Part shown: piece by piece, positions 39,751 to 48,767 of the stretch
Layout: each line of letters starts with the position of its first letter
Position numbering within the stretch: the first letter of the stretch is position 1
Origin: a virus
Lineage: Duplodnaviria; Caudoviricetes
Reading direction: 5' to 3' (one strand)
Length of the DNA: 64,000 nucleotides
Virus record (IMG/VR): IMGVR_UViG_3300028454_001166
Location: 34,758 to 98,757 of that record
Position numbers and translations under genes: made by a program
The notes under the pieces: generated by a model
Database searches by the model: none
What the model was told of the DNA's origin: nothing
The model's input: only the letters and a program-made list of their open reading frames with translations

Positions 39751-40011
39751 ATGAATACAGCGGAGATCATCGACAAGCTCTGTTCCATCACGGAGGAGCA
39801 ATCCAGAATCATCCGGGAACAGTTTCTGTTCATCCGGAACTGTCTCGCCGTCGATCAATCCGTACTCGAACACTTTGAAGGCATGATCAAGCCGGTCGAG
39901 GACGCCCTCGATCTGGCGGAGTATTCTCTTCGGCGCGACAGAAATTCATCGGACGGCCCGGATCCGTCCGGGCGCGAAACGGCAAACAACGAATCAGGAG
40001 GCAACTCATGA
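39751..40011 (+). CDS. Small helical protein after RT (possible DGR accessory)
   Basis: 86 aa with SD; no Avd motif recognised. Confidence 0.5.
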   Translation: MNTAEIIDKLCSITEEQSRIIREQFLFIRNCLAVDQSVLEHFEGMIKPVEDALDLAEYSLRRDRNSSDGPDPSGRETANNESGGNS

Positions 40012-40427
40012 GCGAATGGGTAAAGTTTTTCCTCGGCGGGGGCGTCGCCCTGTCCATCGTCGAAGGCGTGAAAGCTCTGATCGGCTGGCTCATCAAGAGG
40101 AAAGCCGCGAAGGAAGACCGCGCGGAGGACAGGGCGGAGCGGAAGATGGAGGAGCGGATGGCGAAGATCGAGGGGCGCGTCGCCGATCTGGAAGGCCAGC
40201 AGGGCAAGATCGTCGACTCCCTCGAGCTGCAAAGGGAGACAAACATCTATGTTCTGTACGACCGGATCCGCTATCTCTCAAAGTGCTATATACAGGACGG
40301 GGAGATCAGCTTTGAGGACAGGGATTCGCTGAATCAGATGCACACGGTTTATCACCGGAATGGAGGCAACGGGAACTTGGACAATGTGATGAAGCTGGTG
40401 AACGAACTGCCGCTGAAGAAAGGATAA
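40008..40427 (+). CDS. Holin-like membrane protein
   Basis: N-terminal TM, coiled coil, LYDRI...YHRNGGNG; precedes the amidase. Confidence 0.65.
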   Translation: MSEWVKFFLGGGVALSIVEGVKALIGWLIKRKAAKEDRAEDRAERKMEERMAKIEGRVADLEGQQGKIVDSLELQRETNIYVLYDRIRYLSKCYIQDGEISFEDRDSLNQMHTVYHRNGGNGNLDNVMKLVNELPLKKG

Positions 40428-40435
40428 GGTGGATC

Positions 40436-41182
40436 ATGGAATACACAAACAGTCCGCTGGTGAGCTACATGCAGCTCAGCCCGAACCATTCCGGATTGAG
40501 AACCCACAGCATCGACCGCATCTCCCCGCATTGTGTGGTGGGCCAGTGTTCCGTAGAGACGTTGGGCAACATATTCGCGCCGGTCTCTCGACAGGCCAGC
40601 TCCAACTATGGAATCGGTGTGGATGGAAGGATCGCCATGTACGTCGAAGAGCAGAACCGTTCGTGGTGTACATCCTCCAAAGACAACGACCAAAGGGCGG
40701 TCACGATAGAGTGCGCGTCCGATACCACCGATCCCTATGCGATGAACGGTTCCGTTTACGCATCCCTTGTGAAGCTCTGCGCGGATATATGCCGCCGAAA
40801 CGGGAAGAAGAAGCTGGTCTGGATCCCGGACAAGGACAAGGCTCTGGCGTACAATCCGAAGACTGACGAAATGCTCCTAACCGTCCACCGGTGGTTTGAC
40901 AGTCGGAAGTCCTGCCCCGGAGACTGGCTGTATAACCGCCTCGGAAACCTCGCTGTGGAGGTTACAGGGCTTCTTGCCGACCCCGTTCCAGCCCAGCAGA
41001 CCGGAACACCGGGAGATGGAAATACGCCCCATAAATGGGCTGACGAGGCTGTAAAATGGGCTGTGACGAAGGGGATCCTGAAAGGATCGTCCTCCGGCGC
41101 AAAGGACTACAGGCTGAACGATCCCGTAACCCGCGAAGAGGTTCTGACGTTCATCCATCGTGCAATGAAGGGAGGCGATTGA
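40436..41182 (+). CDS. Endolysin, N-acetylmuramoyl-L-alanine amidase with C-terminal SLH-like domain
   Basis: ISPHCVVG, ASSNYGIG, VTIEC, TVHRWF, KSCPG; WADEAVKWAVTKGILKG...VTREE. Confidence 0.9.
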   Translation: MEYTNSPLVSYMQLSPNHSGLRTHSIDRISPHCVVGQCSVETLGNIFAPVSRQASSNYGIGVDGRIAMYVEEQNRSWCTSSKDNDQRAVTIECASDTTDPYAMNGSVYASLVKLCADICRRNGKKKLVWIPDKDKALAYNPKTDEMLLTVHRWFDSRKSCPGDWLYNRLGNLAVEVTGLLADPVPAQQTGTPGDGNTPHKWADEAVKWAVTKGILKGSSSGAKDYRLNDPVTREEVLTFIHRAMKGGD

Positions 41183-41184
41183 GG

Positions 41185-41523
41185 ATGGAGAAGAAGAAAT
41201 CCAAATTCCGGATCTGGTTTGCCGAGAAGCGTAAGAAATGGAACGAAACCTATGAGAAGCGGCTTTGTACCCTGATTACATCCAACGCCATCGCGTGGGT
41301 GTGGTGCTCTTACGGACTTGCCTTGCTCAGAAGATATGAGATTGCGCAGTCTTTGTCTCAGGAGGCTGTGCGAACGATCCTCGGGGTTGCGATAGCATAT
41401 GCTGTGAAATCCCTCGGCGAGAACGTATCGAAGTACGGCTACAAGGGAAAGCAGATTCCGGAGCCTCCCGCTGAAACCGAGGACGAATTTGCCAACGCCA
41501 GAGGCAATGATGATGAGCTGTAA
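41185..41523 (+). CDS. Membrane protein of the lysis cassette
   Basis: Two hydrophobic segments. Confidence 0.55.
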   Translation: MEKKKSKFRIWFAEKRKKWNETYEKRLCTLITSNAIAWVWCSYGLALLRRYEIAQSLSQEAVRTILGVAIAYAVKSLGENVSKYGYKGKQIPEPPAETEDEFANARGNDDEL

Positions 41524-41552
41524 CCACGTCCTCGATCAACAGGAGGTGACGG

Positions 41553-42338
41553 ATGCTTCAGGATTTCATAATGATAACCCGGCATTTTCCGGGAAACGAT
41601 GATCTGAAGATTTACCCAATTTCCGACGTCCATCTCGGCGCAGCGGAACACATGGAGTCCGCTTGGCGTGAGTTCCGAACGAAGGTGATGGGGGAAGAAA
41701 ACTCGTATCTGGTGCTGGCGGGTGACTTGATAAACAATGCCACCCGCTCAAGCGTCAGCAACATTTTTGATGAGACCATGCGCCCCAGCTCCCAGAAGAA
41801 ACTCATGGCCGAAATGCTCATGCCCCTAAAGGATCGTATCCTTTGTGCAGTCCCCGGAAACCATGAGGGGAGATCCGGGAAAGATGCGGACGATGATCCG
41901 GTTTACGATATTTGCTCCAAGCTGGATATTGAAGACTTGTACCGCGAGAATATCGCTTTTCTGAAAATCCAGATAGGGGATCCTGCGGCGAACGGGGCAA
42001 GAAATCCAACCTATGTGATAGCCGTGACCCACGGAGCGGGTGGAGGAATCCTTACCGGAGGAGTGGTAAACCGCGCGGAGAGATTCGGCTATGCGATTGA
42101 CGGAGCCGACGCTTTGATCCTCGGACACTCCCATAAACCGTTTACAACCCAGCCCGCCAAGTTGAAGGTAAACCCCTACAACAATACGGTATCCGTAAAG
42201 CCGTTCAAGGTGATCTCGGCTACCTCGTGGCTGGAATACGGGGGCTATGCGGCGCGGAAGAATCTGCTCCCCTCATCCCATGCTCCACAGGTTTTGAAGC
42301 TCTGCGGCACTCAGAAAGAAATCAAAGTTGAAATGTAA
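41553..42338 (+). CDS. Calcineurin-like metallophosphoesterase
   Basis: SDVHLG, GDLI, GNHE, THG, GHSH. Confidence 0.88.
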   Translation: MLQDFIMITRHFPGNDDLKIYPISDVHLGAAEHMESAWREFRTKVMGEENSYLVLAGDLINNATRSSVSNIFDETMRPSSQKKLMAEMLMPLKDRILCAVPGNHEGRSGKDADDDPVYDICSKLDIEDLYRENIAFLKIQIGDPAANGARNPTYVIAVTHGAGGGILTGGVVNRAERFGYAIDGADALILGHSHKPFTTQPAKLKVNPYNNTVSVKPFKVISATSWLEYGGYAARKNLLPSSHAPQVLKLCGTQKEIKVEM

Positions 42339-42340
42339 AG

Positions 42341-42850
42341 ATGGAGGTTGAAATGGAGTTTACCTATCATGATGTTTTCGGCATCATTTCGGTGGTATGT
42401 TGGATCGCCCTGATGATTGCCATGTTCTACTATCAGGAGAAGGGCAACGTAATCAAGATGATTACGAAGTTCATAGCCAATGCCGAAGAAACCGGCCAGC
42501 CCGGTCCCGACAAGATGGTGATGGTTGTGGATTGGATGTATTCCTATATTCCTGCCCCCTTCCGTTCCATTCTAAATAAGGAAAAGCTGAAAGTAATTGC
42601 TCAGGACGTGTTCGACTGGACGCGCCAGTACGCCCTTGACTACCTCGAGGAGAAGGCCAAGAAGGAAGAAGAGAAGAAGCATCCCAAGGATCCGGTTTTG
42701 CCCGAAGAGGATTCAAAAGACGATGATGATTTCCTCGTCGAATACGATATTGTCCCGGAAATCTGCGATGCCGGGGCCGGTGATGACAAGGATGAAGGAT
42801 GCGCGGAGTGTGTTGACGATGCTTGTCCTGTCTTCCCTGAAAAGAAATAA
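42341..42850 (+). CDS. Holin-like membrane protein
   Basis: N-terminal TM; AEE..GPDK..V; acidic tail. Confidence 0.55.
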   Translation: MEVEMEFTYHDVFGIISVVCWIALMIAMFYYQEKGNVIKMITKFIANAEETGQPGPDKMVMVVDWMYSYIPAPFRSILNKEKLKVIAQDVFDWTRQYALDYLEEKAKKEEEKKHPKDPVLPEEDSKDDDDFLVEYDIVPEICDAGAGDDKDEGCAECVDDACPVFPEKK

Positions 42851-42940
42851 CTTTGACGTTTACGGGTGTTGACCTCCCGCCCGTTGCGTCCGTCGCGGAG
42901 GGAATCCCCTGTTCCCGGTGAAGCGGCGGTATATAGATTC

Positions 42941-42974
42941 AGCCCTGTGGTGTAAAAGCCACGGGGCTTTTTTT
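42941..42974 (+). terminator. Terminator ending the late operon
   Basis: AGCCCTGTGG-TGTAAAAG-CCACGGGGCT-TTTTTT. Confidence 0.8.
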
Positions 42975-43282
42975 GTAACAAAACCGGCCCCGGAATCGTA
43001 ACAAACGAAGTGCCACAAACGGAGAGTGAATCCTACTCAACTGGTAGGTTTTAGCCTGTTTTTCCGGGAAATCGCCTTTGTTACACGATTGTTACGGAAT
43101 GTGACGGAGAATGTTTCACCCGGAAAACCGTTACAGGAAGCCCTTAGTCCTTATAAATGTAACATTGTAACATTAAAATAAAGAAATAAATAGTATAAAT
43201 AGCCATTTCTGGCCGGCATACCCCTATACCCCTATATAGGGAAATTTATAGGAAATTCTTGTTTGTTACGTTTCATGTTACA
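42974..43282. repeat. Putative replication origin: GTAAC/GTTAC repeats around an AT-rich core
   Basis: Nine GTAAC/GTTAC copies; TGTAACATTGTAACA (43158-43172) faces TGTTACG..TGTTACA (43264-43282). Confidence 0.5.
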
Positions 43283-43409
43283 AAGGTTGAGACCAACCGA
43301 AAACGCGCTGAACCGTTTCGGCAGGTCTTTGATGGCGAGTTAAAGAAGGATGGCTCGATATATGGGCTTATAGTTAAACAGCTTGCTCTAAAAAACTGCA
43401 AAAATGGGC

Positions 43410-43438
43410 TTGACTTTTGTACGATAATTGCTTATAAT
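43410..43438 (+). promoter_or_regulatory. SigmaA promoter
   Basis: TTGACT-N17-TATAAT. Confidence 0.8.
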
Positions 43439-43615
43439 ACCCGATGCAAAGGGAGGTGAAACGCTTTGAACGAACGGAGAAACCGTATGACGGGAATAAA
43501 AAGAAAAGCAATCGTCCAGCATCCCAAACCGTGACGGTTGCTTTTACCCGAAAACCCCGAAATGGTTTCTCCCGGAAACCGGGATTCCACTTAACTCGGA
43601 GGCCTTGCAGAATCT

Positions 43616-43644
43616 ATTATACACTGTTTCCCCCTCCGTGTCAA
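43616..43644 (-). promoter_or_regulatory. Consensus sigmaA promoter on the minus strand (antisense)
   Basis: Reverse complement reads TTGACA-N17-TATAAT. Confidence 0.8.
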
Positions 43645-43675
43645 GTGGAATCCACTAAAAAATTCGGAGGAAAAT

Positions 43676-43825
43676 ATGGAAATCACAAAAGAAGAAGCCC
43701 TGCAGATGCTCAAAGCCGTCACGATCCTGCTTTTGGATTGTGTTGACCGGGGAACCCTGTCTCAGGAAACCTACGTTGATGTGCTCGAGCTTCTCCTGAA
43801 GCTCGAGTACGTTTTGGGCAACTGA
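43676..43825 (+). CDS. 49-aa hypothetical protein
   Basis: GGAGG SD; MEITKEEALQMLKAVTILLLDC... Confidence 0.55.
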   Translation: MEITKEEALQMLKAVTILLLDCVDRGTLSQETYVDVLELLLKLEYVLGN

Positions 43826-43827
43826 TT

Positions 43828-44331
43828 ATGGGAGTCCCGACGCGCATAGGACGTCAACCAGAAAGAGTCATCACGGTAGATGATTATCTGGCGGCGGCAC
43901 GTATCGTAGCTCGGTGCCGTTCAGAACGGCTTCCGTATGTGCTGGAGTTGCTTTGCAGAACCGGGATCGACTTGATGAAGTTGGATTTTCCGGAGGTTCC
44001 GGATCCAGTCTTCGGTACAGATTTCCGAGTCCGGTTATCCGCGTGGCTTGATGAGCCTATTCCGGATAACTGGAAATCACTGTCGATTTCGGAACACCTT
44101 GACTGGTATGTAAAACCGCACAGGGCCGTTGCCCGAGACGTCGGTAAGCGGTGTGCGGTTTCACCGATCGAAGTGTGGCGTGAAATGCTTTTACAGAACG
44201 GCCCGCTTTCCCGGTCGACGTCTATACGCATCAACACCGAGATTGGATTGATCCCGGGATGGACCTATAACCCAAAAGCGATGCGGTGCGGTCCTTACGG
44301 CGCACAACGAGGCTTCGTCAGAACGGAATAA
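43828..44331 (+). CDS. Stand-alone VirE/VapE primase-helicase C-terminal-like domain
   Basis: WLDEPIPDNW...R.AVSPIEVWRE...SIRINT...GW...GPYGAQRGFVR. Confidence 0.55.
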   Translation: MGVPTRIGRQPERVITVDDYLAAARIVARCRSERLPYVLELLCRTGIDLMKLDFPEVPDPVFGTDFRVRLSAWLDEPIPDNWKSLSISEHLDWYVKPHRAVARDVGKRCAVSPIEVWREMLLQNGPLSRSTSIRINTEIGLIPGWTYNPKAMRCGPYGAQRGFVRTE

Positions 44332-44339
44332 CAGACTCT

Positions 44340-44370
44340 CCCGGTGGGTTTATCCCATCGGGATTTTTTT
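44340..44370 (+). terminator. Intrinsic terminator
   Basis: CCCGGTGGG-TTTAT-CCCATCGGG-ATTTTTTT. Confidence 0.8.
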
Positions 44371-44390
44371 ATTTTTCTTGTTAAAACCCC

Positions 44391-44419
44391 TTGACTGGTT
44401 AAAGAAAGTATGCTAATAT
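44391..44419 (+). promoter_or_regulatory. SigmaA promoter of the early/middle operon
   Basis: TTGACT-N14-TGC-TAATAT; GTTAAAGAA repeated in the spacer and just downstream. Confidence 0.75.
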
Positions 44420-44467
44420 GAAGCCAGTTAAAGAACTTTAGCGGATTTCCGCGATAGGAGGTTTACC

Positions 44468-45526
44468 ATGAAACAGGGCAGAACGCTTTCCGCGGTGTTA
44501 GGCGAGCTTAGCACGCAGAAGAACGCGAAGCGGGACTTCATTAGCCCAGCAAGAGCCGCATCGATCTCGCCGGACGCCCGGCATTTCATCCTCAAAGGAT
44601 CCGAAACCCACGAATTTGGGATGACCGACCTTTTCCACCGTCAGGTCGGTACGGCGCTCGGTATCCCGGCCAAGTACTACGAGGCCATGCGAACACAGAA
44701 ACCCGATCTTCTGGCCGAGAACGTAAACGCTTGGCTGGGCGACCTTGAGCAGAGCTACATGGTCCGGGCTTTAGAGTATGACGGGGTCTCAACCGCGCGG
44801 GCATTCCTTTCGGACCGATACCATAGGATCGACAACCTTGAGGTAGCGACAGCGGTCCTTCCGATGTTCGCCGGGAGGGAAGGAATGGAGGTAACGAGCT
44901 GCGAGGTCACGGAAAGCCGATTGTACCTTAAGATCGTCAACCACCGGCTTGAACAGGAAGTGGTTCCCGGCGACATCGTTCAGTCCGGAGTAGTGATTTC
45001 TAACTCCGAGGTCGGGCTCGGCGCGGTTGCGGTTCAGCCCTTGCTTTACCGTTTGGTCTGCTCCAACGGCATGATCATCAACGAGATGAGCGAGAGACGA
45101 ACGCACATCGGACGGGCCAATAAAGGATCCGACGCGAGTTTCATTTTCTACACGGACGAGACGGTCGAAGCCGAAGATCGAGCCTTCATGTTAAAGCTGA
45201 GGGATACGGCGAAAGCCGCGCTGGACTCCGCGCGGTTTGCGCAGTCGATTGATCGGCTCAGGGCTTCCACCGAGGCCCCCATTACCGGTAGAGTGCAGGA
45301 GGTAGTTGAGCTGACCGGTAAGAACTACGACCTTTCAATCGGTGAGCAGGACAGCATCCTGAATTACCTGATCCGTGGCGGTGACCTCAGCCTTTACGGG
45401 CTTTCGAACGCCATCACCAGAACGAGTCAGGATGTGGAGTCCTACGACCGAGCCACGGCCTTGGAGGGCATCGGCTGGCAGGTCGCTACGATGCCCGAAA
45501 AACAGTGGAAAGAGATCAACGCGTAA
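44468..45526 (+). CDS. DUF932-family protein
   Basis: ARAFLSDRY..IDN, GDIVQSGVVISNSEVGLG, RLVCSNGMI. Confidence 0.85.
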   Translation: MKQGRTLSAVLGELSTQKNAKRDFISPARAASISPDARHFILKGSETHEFGMTDLFHRQVGTALGIPAKYYEAMRTQKPDLLAENVNAWLGDLEQSYMVRALEYDGVSTARAFLSDRYHRIDNLEVATAVLPMFAGREGMEVTSCEVTESRLYLKIVNHRLEQEVVPGDIVQSGVVISNSEVGLGAVAVQPLLYRLVCSNGMIINEMSERRTHIGRANKGSDASFIFYTDETVEAEDRAFMLKLRDTAKAALDSARFAQSIDRLRASTEAPITGRVQEVVELTGKNYDLSIGEQDSILNYLIRGGDLSLYGLSNAITRTSQDVESYDRATALEGIGWQVATMPEKQWKEINA

Positions 45527-45552
45527 CGAGAACACGAGAAGGAGTGTAACCG

Positions 45553-46485
45553 ATGAAGTGCAGAGTGGAAAACCCCAAACCGCTTAAGGTAAAGCGGGTT
45601 CTGAGTGGACGAGAAAAGGCAAAACGGGTGCTGATTACAGCCGCGGCGGTTGGAGCCTCCGCGGGGGTCCTTGGGATCGGAGCGTGGGTGGCAAGGAACA
45701 CCCACCTCCGCCCTGCGGAAGAAAGTACGGAGGTAGCGCAGTCGAAGGCCGCGGCCGCGTTCGGCCCTTGCTCCCTTTCTGATCTGCCCGCATACGAAGC
45801 CGACCTCAAACCCCGGCTTGAGTTTTACGCAGAAGGTGACAGCCCGATCCCGGCTTGGTATAACCCCGACGAACCGATGGCGGTAGTATGGGACGGGTCT
45901 GCCGGAACCGACCATATTGCTGAATCCAACAAAATGGTTGGGGATTTTGTGCCCGACATTTTTGTCGGGGACACGGATGTCCTTTGCAACGCAGAACCGC
46001 ACCCACCTGTGGGGATTGACTGTGGCGGGATCGATTACAACATCGAACCCGAAGTGGTCCCCGACTACCTTCTGGACATTCCTCTCGACCGATACCTGCA
46101 AGAGTACATCTACAATCTCTGTGAAGACAGCGGGCTCCCCTACACCTTGGCCATCGCGGTGATCGAACAGGAAAGTACCTACACCCCTTGGGTGGTCAGC
46201 GAGAGCAACGACTACGGGTTGATGCAGATCAACACCGTCTGCCACGACTGGTTGGCGCGGGAACTCGGGATCAATGACTTCCTGAGCCCCTACCAAAACG
46301 TACTCGCGGGCATCTACATCCTTTCCGGTTACTACGAGGAGCTCGGCTGGGAAAGTGGGACTTTGATGGCCTACAACATGGGAGAGGCCGGGGCAAGGGC
46401 GCTTTTCGAGCAGGGAATCTACTCCACGGATTACTCCGAGCGAGTTCTCGGGATCAAGTACCGACTGGATACGGAGGGGCGTTAA
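45553..46485 (+). CDS. Membrane-anchored lytic transglycosylase (SLT domain)
   Basis: AVIEQES, GLMQIN, NVLAGIYIL, MAYNMG; N-terminal TM. Confidence 0.85.
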   Translation: MKCRVENPKPLKVKRVLSGREKAKRVLITAAAVGASAGVLGIGAWVARNTHLRPAEESTEVAQSKAAAAFGPCSLSDLPAYEADLKPRLEFYAEGDSPIPAWYNPDEPMAVVWDGSAGTDHIAESNKMVGDFVPDIFVGDTDVLCNAEPHPPVGIDCGGIDYNIEPEVVPDYLLDIPLDRYLQEYIYNLCEDSGLPYTLAIAVIEQESTYTPWVVSESNDYGLMQINTVCHDWLARELGINDFLSPYQNVLAGIYILSGYYEELGWESGTLMAYNMGEAGARALFEQGIYSTDYSERVLGIKYRLDTEGR

Positions 46486-46635
46486 CGTGAGAAACCGGCA
46501 GAAGCAACGGGCGCTTCGGCGTTCCGGGAAGAAGCGGGATTCCCCGATAGATTTCCGGAACGCGGAGCATTACCCGGATCCTGTTCCGCACGACGCGGTT
46601 GACAGAATAATCAGAAAGGAGAAAAAGAAGGTCGT

Positions 46636-47679
46636 ATGATTGACTACGAAGGCAAGCGAAAAGCCGCGGCAGAGGCATTACAGCACAGGCTTGCCGATCT
46701 GATGGATGACGCGGGAATCAACTCTAAAGTGCTGGCAAATGCCATCGGTGTAACCTATTCGAGCATCAACAACATCAAATCGGGGAAGACGGAACCCGGT
46801 TTCACCCTTCTGGTGTTGCTGGCAGACTATTTTGCGGTCCCGCTGGATTATCTCACCGGGAGGTGCAGCTTGCAAACCGCTGAGGACGTGCTGAAGAACT
46901 ATCCCGAACGGTTTCAGGTTTTACGCCGGGCAGCTTATGAAGAATATCTTGGATTACGCAAGTATATTCGGATTCCGCTCGGGTATGAAAGCCCGTGGCC
47001 CTACAATCTGGTAGAGAGCGTTCGGATGCACTACGCGGAGGAGGTTTTACGGGAAGATCAGCTGCGCGGGCTGGACAAGGCGATAGACTCCCTGTCAGAA
47101 AGGGAACGCGATTCGATCTTGTGCTATTACCGGGATGGTTTTACCTTACAGCAGATCGGGGACCGCTGGGGAGTTACCCCGCAACGGGTGAGACAGGTTT
47201 TGGAAAAGGCCGTCCGAAAGCTCCGTCACCCGGCCCGACAGAAACTGGTTCTTGAGGGATACGACATCGTGGAGGAGAAGGCCAAAATCGAAAAGCGAAA
47301 GGCTGAGTTAAAAGCAGAAGAGGATTCCTTGAACCAGTTAGCGGATGCGCTTATGGCCAAGCGTCTCAGGCTGTGCGGGCTTCACCACGATCTTGAAGCA
47401 CTGATTAAGTGGGATTCTGAATTGCGCGATGTGCGGGGAGAGACCCCGACAATGGATGTGCCGATTGAAAATCTGGACTTGACCGTTCGAGCTTACCACG
47501 CCTTGCACCGTGCCGGGTTTCGCACCTTGGGACAGGTGATCGACGCTGAGGCCGCAGGGAACCTTAAAGGGATCCGTCTGCTCGGCCCCAAGAGCTATGA
47601 TGAAGTGCTGGGGCGGTGCAAGTGGTTTCTTGAAAACACTCCGATCTATGAGAATAAAGGTAGGGGTGGCGAAAGATGA
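46636..47679 (+). CDS. Transcription regulator: XRE HTH + sigma70 region 4 + RNA polymerase alpha-CTD-like domain
   Basis: LANAIGVT...LADYFAVPLDYLTGR; LSERER...TLQQIG...RVRQV..KA.RKLRHP; IENLDLTVRAYHALHRAG. Confidence 0.8.
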   Translation: MIDYEGKRKAAAEALQHRLADLMDDAGINSKVLANAIGVTYSSINNIKSGKTEPGFTLLVLLADYFAVPLDYLTGRCSLQTAEDVLKNYPERFQVLRRAAYEEYLGLRKYIRIPLGYESPWPYNLVESVRMHYAEEVLREDQLRGLDKAIDSLSERERDSILCYYRDGFTLQQIGDRWGVTPQRVRQVLEKAVRKLRHPARQKLVLEGYDIVEEKAKIEKRKAELKAEEDSLNQLADALMAKRLRLCGLHHDLEALIKWDSELRDVRGETPTMDVPIENLDLTVRAYHALHRAGFRTLGQVIDAEAAGNLKGIRLLGPKSYDEVLGRCKWFLENTPIYENKGRGGER

Positions 47680-48044
47680 AACTCACGGATTTCAAGGTCG
47701 GCGATAGGTTATGGCGTGTTGACTTCGACAAGAAGACCGGCGCGGTTTCATATACACCATTTCCGATTTCAAAGGTCGGTCGGAAATATGTGTATGTCCG
47801 GATTGGGTGTTGGGATACGCAGTTTCAGATGCACATTAAGGAAGGCTGCTTTTTGGAAGTGAAGGATTGGGGTTCTCCTGAAGTTCTATATTTCTCGGAG
47901 CAGGATGCTCGGGATTATGTAGAGCGGAGGAATTGTGAGGATTTCCTCGCCCGGCTCGATAGCTGGGGATTAAGAAAATACAGTCTGGAAACCCTGCGGA
48001 AAGCCGTCCGAATTTTGAAGACGGGGGAAAAAGAAAATGGCTGA
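47676..48044 (+). CDS. Hypothetical protein
   Basis: Coupled ORF; ISKVGRKYVYV. Confidence 0.6.
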   Translation: MKLTDFKVGDRLWRVDFDKKTGAVSYTPFPISKVGRKYVYVRIGCWDTQFQMHIKEGCFLEVKDWGSPEVLYFSEQDARDYVERRNCEDFLARLDSWGLRKYSLETLRKAVRILKTGEKENG

Positions 48045-48309
48045 AAAAACATATGTACAATGCAAATATCGTGTCGAGTATTATGCGACGGAAGAGGATG
48101 CAATGAATGGTTGTCCCACTCTCGAAGACAGATACATCGCTGGCGAGTATAAACATGTGGAATGGGATGGCGCGGTTTTAACCGTTGGTAAGAAAAAAAT
48201 ATATTCAGAATATGCCGAAGAGGTGTACGGCTATACAGGTATAGATTTTCTCAAAATAGATGGGACGGTTTATGTAGGAGAAGAAAGCGGAGGAGGTGAG
48301 CAATTCTGA
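48037..48309 (+). CDS. Hypothetical protein
   Basis: Coupled ORF. Confidence 0.55.
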   Translation: MAEKTYVQCKYRVEYYATEEDAMNGCPTLEDRYIAGEYKHVEWDGAVLTVGKKKIYSEYAEEVYGYTGIDFLKIDGTVYVGEESGGGEQF

Positions 48310-48767
48310 TGGAGTACAATGACTATCGGTTAAGCGATGCCGAGTTGGATCAATACGCTGACATACTTGCTGAGGACACCGCCCACACACAGCGGTTTGA
48401 AGGCCACCACGACACCGTTGCCGAGTGCGTATTGGAGCTGGTTCGGCGCGAGCTCGAGAGAAATGAACTCGGTAGTGATGATGCGGTTCCGGTACTATCG
48501 GAACAAGGCCCGCGATTGCTGGCCTTGGCCGAGGTGCTGGCCTACACGGACGATGATGTTCTCTACATCGAAACGGCGGTCACAAATGAAGCAAAGCCCG
48601 CAATATACCAACCGGCGACTTCAGATCTGGTTGGAGGGGCCTTGTATTTCTCAAGTTCTAAGGCAAAAACCGGGCTTTACAGGATAAAGTTCTACGGAAA
48701 AACGTGGAGGTGCTGGAGCGCCAGACCTACCTACGAGCAGAGAAAAGAGGTGCCTTGGAATGGCTGA
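48309..48767 (+). CDS. Hypothetical protein, WRCW paralogue family
   Basis: YGKTWRCWSARPT.EQR..VPW. Confidence 0.6.
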   Translation: MEYNDYRLSDAELDQYADILAEDTAHTQRFEGHHDTVAECVLELVRRELERNELGSDDAVPVLSEQGPRLLALAEVLAYTDDDVLYIETAVTNEAKPAIYQPATSDLVGGALYFSSSKAKTGLYRIKFYGKTWRCWSARPTYEQRKEVPWNG

